A DNA stretch of 64,000 nucleotides from Novakomyces olei. Taxonomy: Eukaryota. The stretch spans positions 1,364,001-1,428,000 of the forward strand of contig JADEYG010000004.1 in the NCBI GenBank assembly GCA_016906335.1, given 5' to 3'. This document shows positions 50,728 to 62,717 of this stretch, piece after piece (position 1 is the first letter of the stretch; each line of letters begins with the position of its first letter). Under the pieces are notes generated by a model, which saw nothing but the letters and a program-made list of their open reading frames with translations, did no database searches and was not told the DNA's origin. Position numbers and translations under genes: made by a program.

Positions 50728-52790
50728 TATTAACCCGTCACAAAAAAATTTTCGTACCCGTCTGTTCTGTTTCGTTCCGTTCCGTTACTTAATTTCTTTT
50801 ACTTGTTTTTGTTCGTTCCTAACCTAGGAACTTATCCTCGGAACTTTCCTAGGATCTCTTCCTCGGAAGACTTTTCAATATCTTATATTTCAACAAAAAA
50901 AATATTATTCTTTTCGTTCCTAACTTAGGATCATATCTTCGGATCTTTCCAAGGATCTTTTCCAAGGAAGACTTTTCTCAATATTGTTTCCTTTCTTTTA
51001 TTGTCCTAACTATATTTTTCTGTCTTTGACATTTAGTTTCTACTATTATTATTATCTTGTCTTTGCTCTATCTTTCTTTTTTCCGAACCAAGGAACGCAT
51101 CCTCGGATCTTACCTCGGATATTATCCTAGGAAGACTTTTACTTTGAACTCACCTTCTACTTTGTCAAATCTTTTTATTTCTGCCTTACAATTCTTTCAC
51201 GTCTATTATAATATTTCTCCTGAGTGGTCTCTTCTTTCAAGATGGACACCGATCAACCTCAACAGCCGGAATTCGAGGCCTTCCTCAATCAGCTCAAGGA
51301 GCGCCTCCTCAATCTCGAAGCCGAATCGGCGAGAGATAAGGCAAAGATCCAGACTCTGGAAGCTATTTCCTCATCGAATCGCGGTCCAACCAAATCATTG
51401 GTCCGCGTACCCGACTTCTTTACCGGTCGTCGAGCGGATCTCAGCTCGTTCCTTGCCCACGTGAAGCTTTACATGATCAGCAATCCTGGTCACTTCCCAA
51501 CGGACAAACTCAAGGTCCTCTTTGTCGCTTCTCTTTTGAGAGACTCTGCTTTTCGCTGGTTCCAGCCCTTACTGGACCCTTGTAAGACGGTCCTTACAAC
51601 TACAACCGCTGGAGGCCGGTCGTGTATAGTCTAAATAGAAGTAAAGGAATTACAGAAACCAAGGGAACAGAAAGCGATTATTGTAAGGCTTACCAGGAGT
51701 AATATAATATATTACTCCCACTTTGAGATAATCAACCCGTGAAGGGCGAGAGGCCTTCACGGGCAACTATAAACTAAACTAAGTTGCGGAGGAGCGGATG
51801 CTCCTTCGCATTCTAAACTACTCTTCCCAAACTAACTTATGCGAAGGTCGCACAAGTTAGAGCGGGAAGCTCTCAACCTAAACTAGACTATGGAAATAAC
51901 TATGAATGTTCTCGCGCTAGCGGAGTGCGAAGGGTCGCACTCGCTAGCGTGCGAGAATGAGAACGGGAAGCGAGGTCCGTGCACATTGTGCATGGAGCCC
52001 CTCGCTCCCGTGGGCCAAGCTGGCTTAGTGCGCGTACCTACATGCGCACTAAGACAACTTCTACGTCCCAAGACCATCGCATTACGCGCCGACTGGTCTT
52101 GGGCCGCGTTGGCGAAGCTTGCGACGCGCGGACATCCCAAGTCCGACTACAGGCGTCGCCCCTCGCTTCCCAACGCGGTTGTCAGGAACTCGCCAAGGCG
52201 AGGATCATGACAGTATCCCCCCTCCCTTGGGCGAGGTCCCCGCGCCCGCAAAACATAAAATATCCCAAAACAATAGTAAGGCGAAAATAAAAACAACAGA
52301 TTTCCCAGCTTTCAACATAATAAGGAACATTGCAACTCTTCCACAGTCTTGTCTCAATAAAATAGCATGGGTAAATCAAATCAATCAATAAATGTTCGCA
52401 TTGCCCTGCGTAAGGAAAGAAAATTAAAATGCGAGCACGAACACATGTAGACCATACTGTCTTCCAATTGCAAACCAAGTCGTCTCCCTGGTCAGTGTTG
52501 TCGTATCTCCTCCGTATAACGTGTGTATGTCGTGCGATAGAATAAACAATAGTCGCGTTCAATTTGTCAACGCCGTAAATGATTAAAGCGGTGTTAGCTT
52601 CATCGTTTTCGATTTTAATAATTTTTTTTTTGCATGATTTTCAAAAAAGTTTTTTCCAAATAGCGATAAATAACTAGTGCGAATTGTGTATTATATCGCA
52701 GTCGTAAACAAAAATCAAGAGTTGAGTCTCGCGATTGCGTAAGATTACGTGAGTTGAATGACGTAACCTGTATCGCGATTAACGTAAACA

Positions 52791-55700
52791 TCATTGCTTC
52801 GGCTTAGCCGGGTGTGATCTGTGAAATTCTTTCACTAAATCGTCGCAATTTGTCAAATTGCCTGCCGGCTCCCAAGTGCGATTAGCACTATCGTATCCCT
52901 TCCAGTGTACAAAGTATTCCAATTTATTTCTTCGCTTCCTGGAGTCCAACACTTCTTCTACCTCCCACTCTGGTGTATTCTCAATTATTATTGGTAGTGG
53001 TGGTGCTGCCTGCCGTCGCACAATCGTAGACGTAGACTTGTATGATTCCAATAAAGAAGCATGGAATACTGGGTGTATTCTCATCGTGTTCGGTAGATCC
53101 AACTTGTATGCACGTAAACCGATACGTTCCAAGATTGTAAAAGGTCCAATCTTCCTGTAATCCAACTTGTCGCTTGGCCTAGTGGTACTGATGTTCTTTC
53201 TCACTAGCCATACTTTCTGACCGACTTCAAAATTCTTGTCGACACGGTGCGTATTAGCAAACCGTGCTTGATCGCTAATGGCGTGCTTGGTTTCGATCTG
53301 TAAAAGGCGATGTAGCGTTCGCAAGAAATCAATCCGATTGTCCGCCGATGGACACTGCCGTGCTGTTGCTATCGTAAAACGGCATTTGGGGTGATACCCA
53401 TATAAAGCGTAACTAGGGGTCGCTTTTATTGATGATTGCTCAGTATTGTTATATGCGAACTGTGCAAAAGGTAGCAAGTTTACCCAATTCGTTTGTTGGT
53501 AATTGCTGTAAATTCTCAAATATTGCTCGAGGCTCTGATTAAGCCTTTCCGTTTGTCCATCGCTCTGGGGATGGTACGCAGTTGATAACCTTTGCTTGAT
53601 ATCACAATGTGCGAGTAAATGCTTCGTAAAATGTGATACGAAAACTGATCCACGATCTGAGATAATTTCTTCTGGCAGTCCAAAGTTAGCAAATACTCTG
53701 TGAGCGTATAGCAATGCTAGTTCTTTCGCGCCCATGGTCTCGCGTATTGGTACAAAGATGCCTATCTTCGTAAAGCGACATACTATAACCCAAATTGAGT
53801 CGTAGTCCTTGCCTGTAATGACATCTCTTGACACGGGGAGCTTCACAATGAAGTCCATAGCAATGCTTTCCCAAGGCTTTGTAGGCACTCGCAACGAATG
53901 TAGTAGACCATAAGGAGCATGACGCGATGGTTTACTTCGTGCGCAAGTGTCGCATGAGTCCACATAGTTAAATACGTCCTTCCGCATCCTAGGCCAGTAG
54001 TAATTTCGTGTCACAAGCTCTAGCGTCTTAGCCTGTCCGGGGTGACCTGAAGTCTGCGAATCATGACATTCTTGCATGATTGATAATCGCAAATCGTTGT
54101 CTCTGGGTATGTAAATCAAACCCGAGAACATTAACAGACCTTCCTTGTCTATTGTATAGTTCTCCAAATGAGCAGCACGAGGCTTGCTCTTTAACTCCTC
54201 AATAATATTTTTGCAAATGCTGTCCTTCTCGTAGCATTTCTTAATATCCTGTGCCAGCGTTTTGTTGTCCTCAATCGCAAACACAAATTGCGATTTGTCC
54301 AAAAGCACCATTGTTCGTTCTGGCTTTTCCTCCTCTTCGCTGCTAACGTAATCGCTTCTTCGCGATAAGGAGTCAGCCTTGTGGTTAAACTTTCCCGCAC
54401 GATACACGATCACAAAATCGTAAGACGCAAGTAACTGCGACCAGCGCATTTGCCGTCTATTCAGGACACGCGCGGTCCAAAAGTACACAAGATTGCGATG
54501 ATCCGTGTATATCGTAGTTTTGTGAAGGGGACTCTCCAAGTATACCCTCCATTCCCGAAGACATACAACAATAGCTAATAGCTCCTTGTCGTGAATGTCG
54601 TAGTTCGTCTCTGCGCTTGTCATCTTGCGCGAGTAAAATGCGATTGGTCTCATATCGCCGTTCTCGTCTTTTTGCGAAAGGATCCCGCCTATCGCAAAAT
54701 CTGAGGCGTCCGTTTCCAAAAAGCTCGGCTTTTGTGGATCAAAGTGCACAAGAATAGGTGCGCCTAAGAATGCATCCTTCAACGCATTGAATGACTCCCT
54801 GCATTCGTCGCTAAACACGAACTTTGTATCCTTCTTTAAAAGCCGGGTAAGAGGTACCGTAATCTTGCTGTAGTTGGCGATGAATCTTCGGTAATAGTTC
54901 GCCAGTCCCAGGAACGACATAACCTCCTTAACATTCTTTGGCTCGGGCCATGTTTCAATCGATTTGACCTTCGTATTTTCCATCGACACACCTTTCGTTG
55001 AAATCACGAAGCCAAGAAACTCCGTTGTGTCGGTATGGAATTCGCATTTCTCCAATTTGACAAATAAATTGCCTTGCGAAGTCTCTCCAATACTCCGCGC
55101 ACGTGCTCCACGTGTTCTTCCTCTGTATTTGAGTAAATCAGTATATCGTCCAAGTAAACGACAACATATCGATCCAGGCAATCTCGCAAAGTGTCGTTGG
55201 CGAGTGCTTGAAACGAAGCCGGGGCATTCGTAAGCCCAAACGGCATGACTTGGTACTCGTAGTGGCCGTACCTCGTACGAAAGGCCGTTTTCCATTCGTC
55301 GCCTTTTCGTATCCTAACCAAATTATATGCACCGCGAAGATCCAATCGCGTAAAAATAGTTGCTTGGCGAATGCGATCTAGAAGTTCGGATATAAGCGGT
55401 AATGCATATCTGTTTTTGACAGTGATTGCGTTCAGACCGCGATAGTCAACGCATAATCTAAGCGATCCATCTTTCTTTTTGACAAATAAGATCGGCGCCC
55501 CCGCGGGCGACGACGACGGTCGTATAAAACCTTTAGCGAGGTTTTCCTTGAATAATCTCTCAGCGTTTGCAATTCGCGTTCGGCGAGCGGGTAGATCGGA
55601 CCAAAAGGCGGCTTTGCATTTTCGGCCAAGGGTATCGCATGATCCCAAGGTTGATGTTTCGGCAAAACGTCCGCGTTCTTCTTCTCAAATAGGTCGCGAT

Positions 55701-56337
55701 ATCCCTCGTAGAACCCAGGCAATGTAACGCGAGGCTTGATATCTTGCTCGTCCGTTGCGTACACACATAAAATACCTGATTCTCCATTACGAGCCAATCT
55801 TGCAAATTCGGTTGCGCTGACTTGCATGGATTCGGATAATGTACTGCACTTCAAACAGTTCGCCAAACAGTAGTTCGACTTAAACTCGACGTTTGCGCGA
55901 CTCCATCCGATCGTAGGCTCATGCTTGTCCAACCATGGCTTGCCCAAGATAGCATCGTATCCACGAAGAGGTATGACATTGAAGGTCATCCTTTCTCGAT
56001 GTTCGCCAATTGATATATCCATCTCGCTGGTGTGAAAGCGAATACCTCCTGACTTGATTGTCCTTCCATCAACGACTCTGATGGGCTCGGTCTCGCTCTT
56101 CTCCGTAAGCTTAATAAAAGCATGCGATGCGAGTTTCTCGCTGATAAAATTAGAGGTAGCTCCTGAGTCAATCAGGGCTCTCGCGTTCAACTCTCCATCC
56201 TCTGTCTTGACTTTCACGACGACAGTCAGATGCTTTGCTTTGTCCGGTTCCGTAAAAACTGTCATAACTTCTGGTGGCCTAAATTGTTGTTTGCCCAGAT
56301 CAGGCCTTTTCATTGGACCTGGGCGTTCGCTTTTCCC
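52791..56337 (-). CDS. pol: Pol of F (PR-RT-RH-INT-chromodomain) with two 1-bp frameshifts
   Basis: [45 protein letters not shown]...YFVHWKGY. Shifts at ~55553 and ~55070. Confidence 0.9.
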
Positions 56338-57242
56338 AAATCGGAAAATTCGTGCGTGAATGCAGCGACGTGTTGCTGATTGTACGTCTTCTTCTTCTGC
56401 TTGCATTCTCTTGCTCGATGACCCACGCGTCCACAGTTAAAGCATTTGATGTTGCTTTTGCGATGGTTGTTATCCTCCTTTTCCAAACTAATCGCGTCCA
56501 CATCCATAGGAGTAAAACTTGTACTCGCGTTTGCAGCCGGGCGGTTGTTGGAATATTTCACGGAACCGCGGCTTGCACTCTCGATGTGCCTGTCGGATAT
56601 TCTTCCATCCACGCGAACTGAAATCTCAATCATTTCATTCAAAGTGCGGGGTCTGTCCATCCTGGAAAGCTCATCCTTGATGCGATCCTTCAGCCCCTGA
56701 TAATACATGAACGTCAGCGCACTGTCATTGAAATCCAAATACGAAGCAATTCTTTGAAAAATGCTCGCATAAGATGCTGCTGATCCACGTTGTCTCAAGG
56801 CGGCTAACTCTCTTTGCGCCTGACTCGCCCTGTCGACCTTGCCGAAATTCGCGGCCAACGCTTCGCAAAAGGCTTCAAAAGTAGGTACTACCGAAGCGAA
56901 GTCGTTGTTGCGAAGGTGTGGTTCGAACCACGCAAATGCGGCGTCCCGCAAATACGAAGCTGCGAACAAAACCTTCGAACGCTCGTCGCGAAACTCGTGC
57001 GGTTTCAACATGATGTAAAGGCGAAGCTGCGCCAAAAAATTCTCGACCATTCTGCGGTCCCCACGAAACGCGTCGGGCTTCATCACCGCTGGTCCGTCAC
57101 TCGTCGGAGCTCTCTTAGCTCGCGAACCGATCTCCTGGGTCAGATGCGCAATGTGCGATTGCCCTTTCTCGTTCTCTGCCTTCAACTCGGCAATTTGAGT
57201 TTGCAGGGATTGCAAAAAGGTGTTGAGTTCCTCTTGCGACAT
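56310..57242 (-). CDS. gag: Gag of F
   Basis: FAASYLRDAAFAWF, PMDVD, CFNCGRVGHRAREC. Confidence 0.92.
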   Translation of the reverse strand: MSQEELNTFLQSLQTQIAELKAENEKGQSHIAHLTQEIGSRAKRAPTSDGPAVMKPDAFRGDRRMVENFLAQLRLYIMLKPHEFRDERSKVLFAASYLRDAAFAWFEPHLRNNDFASVVPTFEAFCEALAANFGKVDRASQAQRELAALRQRGSAASYASIFQRIASYLDFNDSALTFMYYQGLKDRIKDELSRMDRPRTLNEMIEISVRVDGRISDRHIESASRGSVKYSNNRPAANASTSFTPMDVDAISLEKEDNNHRKSNIKCFNCGRVGHRARECKQKKKTYNQQHVAAFTHEFSDLGKANAQVQ

Positions 57243-58859
57243 CTTGTCCCTCGTACCGCAAAACTCGTAATCGTAATCGTTCTTCTAGAACCGTTCTTCG
57301 TAAATTGTTCACTCAATCGTCGACTATCCAAGCCGATACTCAATAACTCAAAATAACTGTGTTTCACCGGAACACTCGATAACTCAAAATTCTCAAACTC
57401 GAATCCACGTCCTTCACTCGACGCTTTAACCGTTTTAACTTCCGTAAAAATCCGTAAAAATAAGTACCGAACCGCGTCTTTGACTCGACGTCCGAAACTC
57501 TCTCGAATCCGAAGGAAATAAAACACAAACAATTCCAAAAAACTTCAAACTTCAACGACCGGGACGGGTTGATTATAGTGTAAGACGGTCCTTACAACTA
57601 CAACCGCTGGAGGCCGGTCGTGTATAGTCTAAATAGAAGTAAAGGAATTACAGAAACCAAGGGAACAGAAAGCGATTATTGTAAGGCTTACCAGGAGTAA
57701 TATAATATATTACTCCCACTTTGAGATAATCAACCCGTGAAGGGCGAGAGGCCTTCACGGGCAACTATAAACTAAACTAAGTTGCGGAGGAGCGGATGCT
57801 CCTTCGCATTCTAAACTACTCTTCCCAAACTAACTTATGCGAAGGTCGCACAAGTTAGAGCGGGAAGCTCTCAACCTAAACTAGACTATGGAAATAACTA
57901 TGAATGTTCTCGCGCTAGCGGAGTGCGAAGGGTCGCACTCGCTAGCGTGCGAGAATGAGAACGGGAAGCGAGGTCCGTGCACATTGTGCATGGAGCCCCT
58001 CGCTCCCGTGGGCCAAGCTGGCTTAGTGCGCGTACCTACATGCGCACTAAGACAACTTCTACGTCCCAAGACCATCGCATTACGCGCCGACTGGTCTTGG
58101 GCCGCGTTGGCGAAGCTTGCGACGCGCGGACATCCCAAGTCCGACTACAGGCGTCGCCCCTCGCTTCCCAACGCGGTTGTCAGGAACTCGCCAAGGCGAG
58201 GATCATGACAACCCTTCCAGCGGCATCGAACCTCCAATTCTTTCCGATTACAGCATCTTCACAAGCGAACTTACGCGCATGTTTGGTGACGTTGACAACC
58301 AAGCAACGGCAGAAAGAGAGCTTCGGAAGCTTTCCCAAACCGGTTCTGTTGCCAATTATGCGTCTCGTTTCCAGCAGCTGATGTCTCACCTGCAATTCGA
58401 CAATGACGCAACTTGTTTCATGTTCTACAACGGATTAAAGGATTACATTAAGGATGAGCTTGCTCGAGAAGGACGTCCTTCCTATTTCGAAGATTTGGTT
58501 AGCCTTAGCATTCGTCTTGACAATCGCCTTTATGATCGGCGCCTCGAACGCAACTCTACCAATCGCCCTTCTCGATTCCCTCAGCAGAGCCGATCCTTTC
58601 CCTCAACCTTCTCGTCGGCTCCACGAAGCCCCAAGCAAAGCGACGCAATGGAAGTCGACGCGTTAACTACTCAGCCTCGAAAACTTACGGCTCAAGAGCG
58701 CAAACATCGGATCGAAAATAACCTTTGCCTGTACTGCGGCAAAAGCGGCCATTCCATCAACAAATGCCGAAAGATCCCCGACAAGCCTAAACTCGCTAGT
58801 TCCCTTTCAAATGTGGCTTCCATTTCGTTCACCAAAGGCATTCCTGAAGACCCCTCTTC

Positions 58860-61800
58860 GGGAAAAGCCTAGGCTCGAACTTCTCTCGGTCGCCCAGCTC
58901 GAGCCAGATTGGGCGCATCCCCGCGCATCGAATATTCACCACAAAATCTACTACTCCCGAACAATCGTCGCATCTCATTGCGAATACAATTATTTCCTAT
59001 CACGATCACGAGATACCGGCACGAGCACTGATCGACTCCGGCGCCACTTCCAACTTTATGTCGGAGGCCTTCGCTAAACAAAATCGTCTTCCAACTGAAG
59101 CCAAGCAAACGCCCGACCACTTGCGCGGAATCGACGGCTCCCCAATATCGAACGGCCTCGTGACTCATCATACTACTCAACTTTCCTTATGTCTCGGTAA
59201 ATCAAATACCCAGCACCATGAACTTATCCAATTCAATCTCATGCCAATCTCCGGCTATAACCTTATTCTCGGAAAGCCCTGGTTGGACCTTCACGATCCA
59301 AAAATTACGTGGTCCAAGGGCTTAATCCACTTCGACTCTTCATATTGCAAAAAGTCCTGTTTTCGCACAGACTCTTCTATCCCTATCCATATGGTTGCTT
59401 CCTCGACTATGGCGCGACACCTTTCGTCGCCTGAGTCACAATGTTGGCTTGTTAGCGCTGCGACACTTTCGGAAGCCTCAACAAACAACACTCCTATTCC
59501 GCAACCATACAAGGACTTCGAGAACCTCTTCGACAAGAGAGCTTCTACTAAACTTCCATCCCATCGGCCATGGGATCATTCCATTCCCCTCCAAGACGGA
59601 GTTTCGCCTCCTTACGGACCTATTTATTCCCTCTCAGAGCCTGAGCTTAAAGCTCTCAGAGAATACCTCTCCGAAAATCTTACAAACGGTTTCATCCGAC
59701 CTTCTACTTCGCCTGCGGGCGCTCCCATACTCTTCGTTAAGAAGAAAGACGGCTCACTTCGCCTATGTGTCGACTACAGGGGCCTTAACTCAATAACAGT
59801 TAAGAATCGCTATGCCCTGCCACTCATTTCCGAACTCTTGGATCGAGTTCAAACAGCCAAAATATTTACTCGCCTAGATCTACGCGGCGCCTACAATTTG
59901 GTACGCATCAAAGAAGGCGACGAGTGGAAAACGGCATTCAGGACTCGCTATGGACATTTCGAATACCAAGTGATGCCTTTTGGCCTTACAAATGCGCCTG
60001 CATCATTCCAAGCGCTGGTAAACGATGTCTTGAGGCCTTATCTTGACCGATCCGTAGTCGTCTACTTAGACGACATCCTCATTTACTCCGACAGCCTAAA
60101 AGAACATGTGCAACATGTCCGAGAAGTCTTACACAAGCTGCAAGAAGCCAGCTTGTTTGTCAAACTGGAAAAGTGTGAGTTCCACACTACCCAAACGGAA
60201 TTTCTTGGGTTCATTATTTCTACAAAAGGAATATCGATGGCTCCAGATAAAGTGCAGGCAGTACAAGACTGGCCTCGCCCACAAAATACTACTCATGTTA
60301 TGGCCTTTCTAGGCTTTGCAAATTTCTACCGACGTTTCATTCATTCGTACAGTAAGATGGCACACCCACTTACTCAACTTCTTCGAAAAAACGTCCCGTT
60401 TGATTGGACCTCAGAGACTCAGACGGCCTTCGATGCCCTTAAATCCTCCTTCGTCTCTACCCCAATACTTCGTTACTTCGACCCCGACAAGCCAGCAGTA
60501 GTAGAGACCGATGCTTCTGATTACGCTGTGGCGGGAGTCATTTCTCAAACCGATGACGACAACATTCTTCGCCCTGTCGCCTATTATTCCCGGAAAATGA
60601 CGCCTCCGGAACTCAATTACGAAATCTACGATAAGGAAATGTTGGCTATAGTGGCTTGTCTCAAAGAATGGAGAGTATACTTAGAACAGCCAAGGCACCA
60701 GACAATCATCTATACAGACCACCGCAATTTACAACATTTTCTCAAAACTAAACAACTCAACCGACGACAAGTCCGATGGGCGCAACTTCTAGCCTCATAC
60801 GACTTCACTATTATATACCGGCCCGGAACCAAGAATGGGAAAGCTGACGCACTGACGCGACGCAGCGACTACCCCCTTACCAAGAAGGACGATCCCGATC
60901 GCTCCCAGCCTCTCTTAAAATCTCATCAGCTAGTATTCGCTGCAAGCGCCACGAATCCCCTATCCGACCTCGAACGGAAAATTGTCGCCGCCTACAGCCA
61001 AGATAAAAAGCTGAGCGAAATAATAAAGCTGTTGAAGACACCCGAAGCATCAAATCACCTCGGGAAGTACAAACTAACCGATTCGGGACTCCTCTTGCTC
61101 CAAAACCTTATCGTCGTACCTCAGGATGCCAACCTTCGGCGCCTGATTATCGCGGAAAGCCACGACCTGCCTTCAGCTGGGCATGGTGGCCAAGCGAAAA
61201 CACTTGAACTCATATCTCGACAATACTATTGGCCAAAAATCCGCCAACATGTCGACGATTACGTCAATACTTGTGACACGTGCGCCAGATCAAAGGCCAT
61301 ACGGCACAAGCCTCTCGGGGAGCTCTCTTCTCTCCCCATACCCGAACAACCGTGGAGTTCCATCTCCATGGACTTCATTGTAAAATTGCCACCTTCATCG
61401 GGCCTCTCAAGCACACAGCAATGCGACTCTATTCTCGTCATAGTATGCAGACTTACCAAAATGGCTCACTTCATCCCTTGCAACGAGTCTATGGACTCTC
61501 CGACACTGGCGAACATCTTCATTCAGTACATCTACAAGCTTCATGGACTCCCGCAAAGTATCATTGCGGATCGCGGTTCTCTATTTGTCTCGCAGTTCAC
61601 AAAAAGCCTCTGCGCGCAGCTCAAAATCAAGCAAAACATCTCTACGGCCTACCATCCTCAGACGGATGGCCAGACAGAGCGCCTCAACCAGTCGCTTGAG
61701 CAATATCTTCGCGCATATTGCAACTACCAGCAAGACGATTGGGTTACTCTACTCCCATTGGCTGAGTTTGCCTACAATAACGCGTCTCACTCCTCCACCA

Positions 61801-62417
61801 AAGAGTCCCCGTTCTACGCCAACTATGGCTACCACCCAGTGTGCAATATTCAATTAAACTTGTCTCCAAGCCCAGCAGCAAACGAACGCCTACAATATAT
61901 ACGGGCATTGCACAACACCATCAAGGCCGAGCTGGAAAACGCATTAAGCAGCCAAGCCAAATACGCAGATAGGAATCGCCTACGCCACGAATTCAAGCCT
62001 GGCGACAACGTATGGCTACTCCGTAAACACCTTCGTACGGACCGGCAGTCCGACAAACTCGACTACAAACGTCTCGGACCTTTCCAAATACTCGAACGCA
62101 TCGGTACTCGATCATACAAGCTGAAGCTACCACAGTCTATGCGTGTTCATCCAGTATTTCATATTTCGCTACTGGAACCATACAAAACCTCCTCTCAATT
62201 CCATCGGCAGCAACTCCAACTTCCCGATCCAGTCGTTTCCGACCAAGAACCTGAGTATGAAGTCGAATCTATCCTAGATCACCGGAAATTGGGACGACAT
62301 ACGTACTATCTGGTCCACTGGAAAGGTTACTCTATCGCCGAACGCACCTGGGAACCACTCAAAAACCTTCAAAACGCTAAGTCACTGGTCCAAGAGTACC
62401 ATAGGACACGAAACTAG
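58860..62417 (+). CDS. pol: Pol of C (intact, entered by -1 frameshift)
   Basis: Frame is open from the slippery site through [25 protein letters not shown] and chromodomain EYEVESILDH...YLVHWKGY. Confidence 0.93.
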   Translation, partial: GKSLGSNFSRSPSSSQIGRIPAHRIFTTKSTTPEQSSHLIANTIISYHDHEIPARALIDSGATSNFMSEAFAKQNRLPTEAKQTPDHLRGIDGSPISNGLVTHHTTQLSLCLGKSNTQHHELIQFNLMPISGYNLILGKPWLDLHDPKITWSKGLIHFDSSYCKKSCFRTDSSIPIHMVASSTMARHLSSPESQCWLVSAATLSEASTNNTPIPQPYKDFENLFDKRASTKLPSHRPWDHSIPLQDGVSPPYGPIYSLSEPELKALREYLSENLTNGFIRPSTSPAGAPILFVKKKDGSLRLCVDYRGLNSITVKNRYALPLISELLDRVQTAKIFTRLDLRGAYNLVRIKEGDEWKTAFRTRYGHFEYQVMPFGLTNAPASFQALVNDVLRPYLDRSVVVYLDDILIYSDSLKEHVQHVREVLHKLQEASLFVKLEKCEFHTTQTEFLGFIISTKGISMAPDKVQAVQDWPRPQNTTHVMAFLGFANFYRRFIHSYSKMAHPLTQLLRKNVPFDWTSETQTAFDALKSSFVSTPILRYFDPDKPAVVETDASDYAVAGVISQTDDDNILRPVAYYSRKMTPPELNYEIYDKEMLAIVACLKEWRVYLEQPRHQTIIYTDHRNLQHFLKTKQLNRRQVRWAQLLASYDFTIIYRPGTKNGKADALTRRSDYPLTKKDDPDRSQPLLKSHQLVFAASATNPLSDLERKIVAAYSQDKKLSEIIKLLKTPEASNHLGKYKLTDSGLLLLQNLIVVPQDANLRRLIIAESHDLPSAGHGGQAKTLELISRQYYWPKIRQHVDDYVNTCDTCARSKAIRHKPLGELSSLPIPEQPWSSISMDFIVKLPPSSGLSSTQQCDSILVIVCRLTKMAHFIPCNESMDSPTLANIFIQYIYKLHGLPQSIIADRGSLFVSQFTKSLCAQLKIKQNISTAYHPQTDGQTERLNQSLEQYLRAYCNYQQDDWVTLLPLAEFAYNNASHSSTKESPFYANYGYHPVCNIQLNLSPSPAANERLQYIRALHNTIKAELENALSSQAKYADRNRLRHEFKPGDNVWLLRKHLRTDRQSDKLDYKRLGPFQILERIGTRSYKLKLPQSMRVHPVFHISLLEPYKTSSQFHRQQLQLPDPVVSDQEPEYEVESILDHRKLGRHTYYLVHWKGYSIAERTWEPLKNLQNAKSLVQEYHRTRN

Positions 62418-62679
62418 CGCCCAGACTACCGCCAGTACACCTCTATGGCCACCCAGTCCACCTTGATCCTCTTACGCTTCCGCTTACCCCTCAAACTGCC
62501 AGATATCCCAACAACCAATTATCCTATCCCAAAAGTTGGGTTAAGTCCCGACAAACTACCACCACTCGCGAAATCAGGGTTAACCAATAACCCTAGGGTT
62601 TACATTTATTGGAGTGGACAGTAGGGTTATTTAGGGTTATTTAGGGCTTATAAATTATTACTCTGCGAAGCATTAATTT

Positions 62680-62715
<36 letters not shown>

Positions 62716-62717
<2 letters not shown>

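Larger units (their letters stand above)
51581..58210 (-). mobile_element. Full-length Ty3/gypsy chromovirus F, recent insertion
   Basis: Apparently identical 632-bp LTRs (51581-52212 and 57579-58210), TSD ACCCT, PPT GGGAGGGGGG. Confidence 0.97.
51242..58872 (+). pseudogene. gag: Gag of C, interrupted by F (51242-51580 + 58216-58872)
   Basis: WFQPLLDP|SSGIEPP in frame across the insertion; AMEVD, CLYCGKSGHSINKC. Confidence 0.9.

Noticed and set aside
51883-52391. Small ORFs within the F LTR (duplicated at 57881-58395)
   Set aside because: GC-rich LTR sequence with overlapping ORFs in several frames and no domain signature.
62681-62712. Poly(A) as the tail of a retrocopied antisense gene
   Set aside because: It is on the wrong strand for the minus-strand ORF (reads poly-T after its stop), and no TSD is evident.
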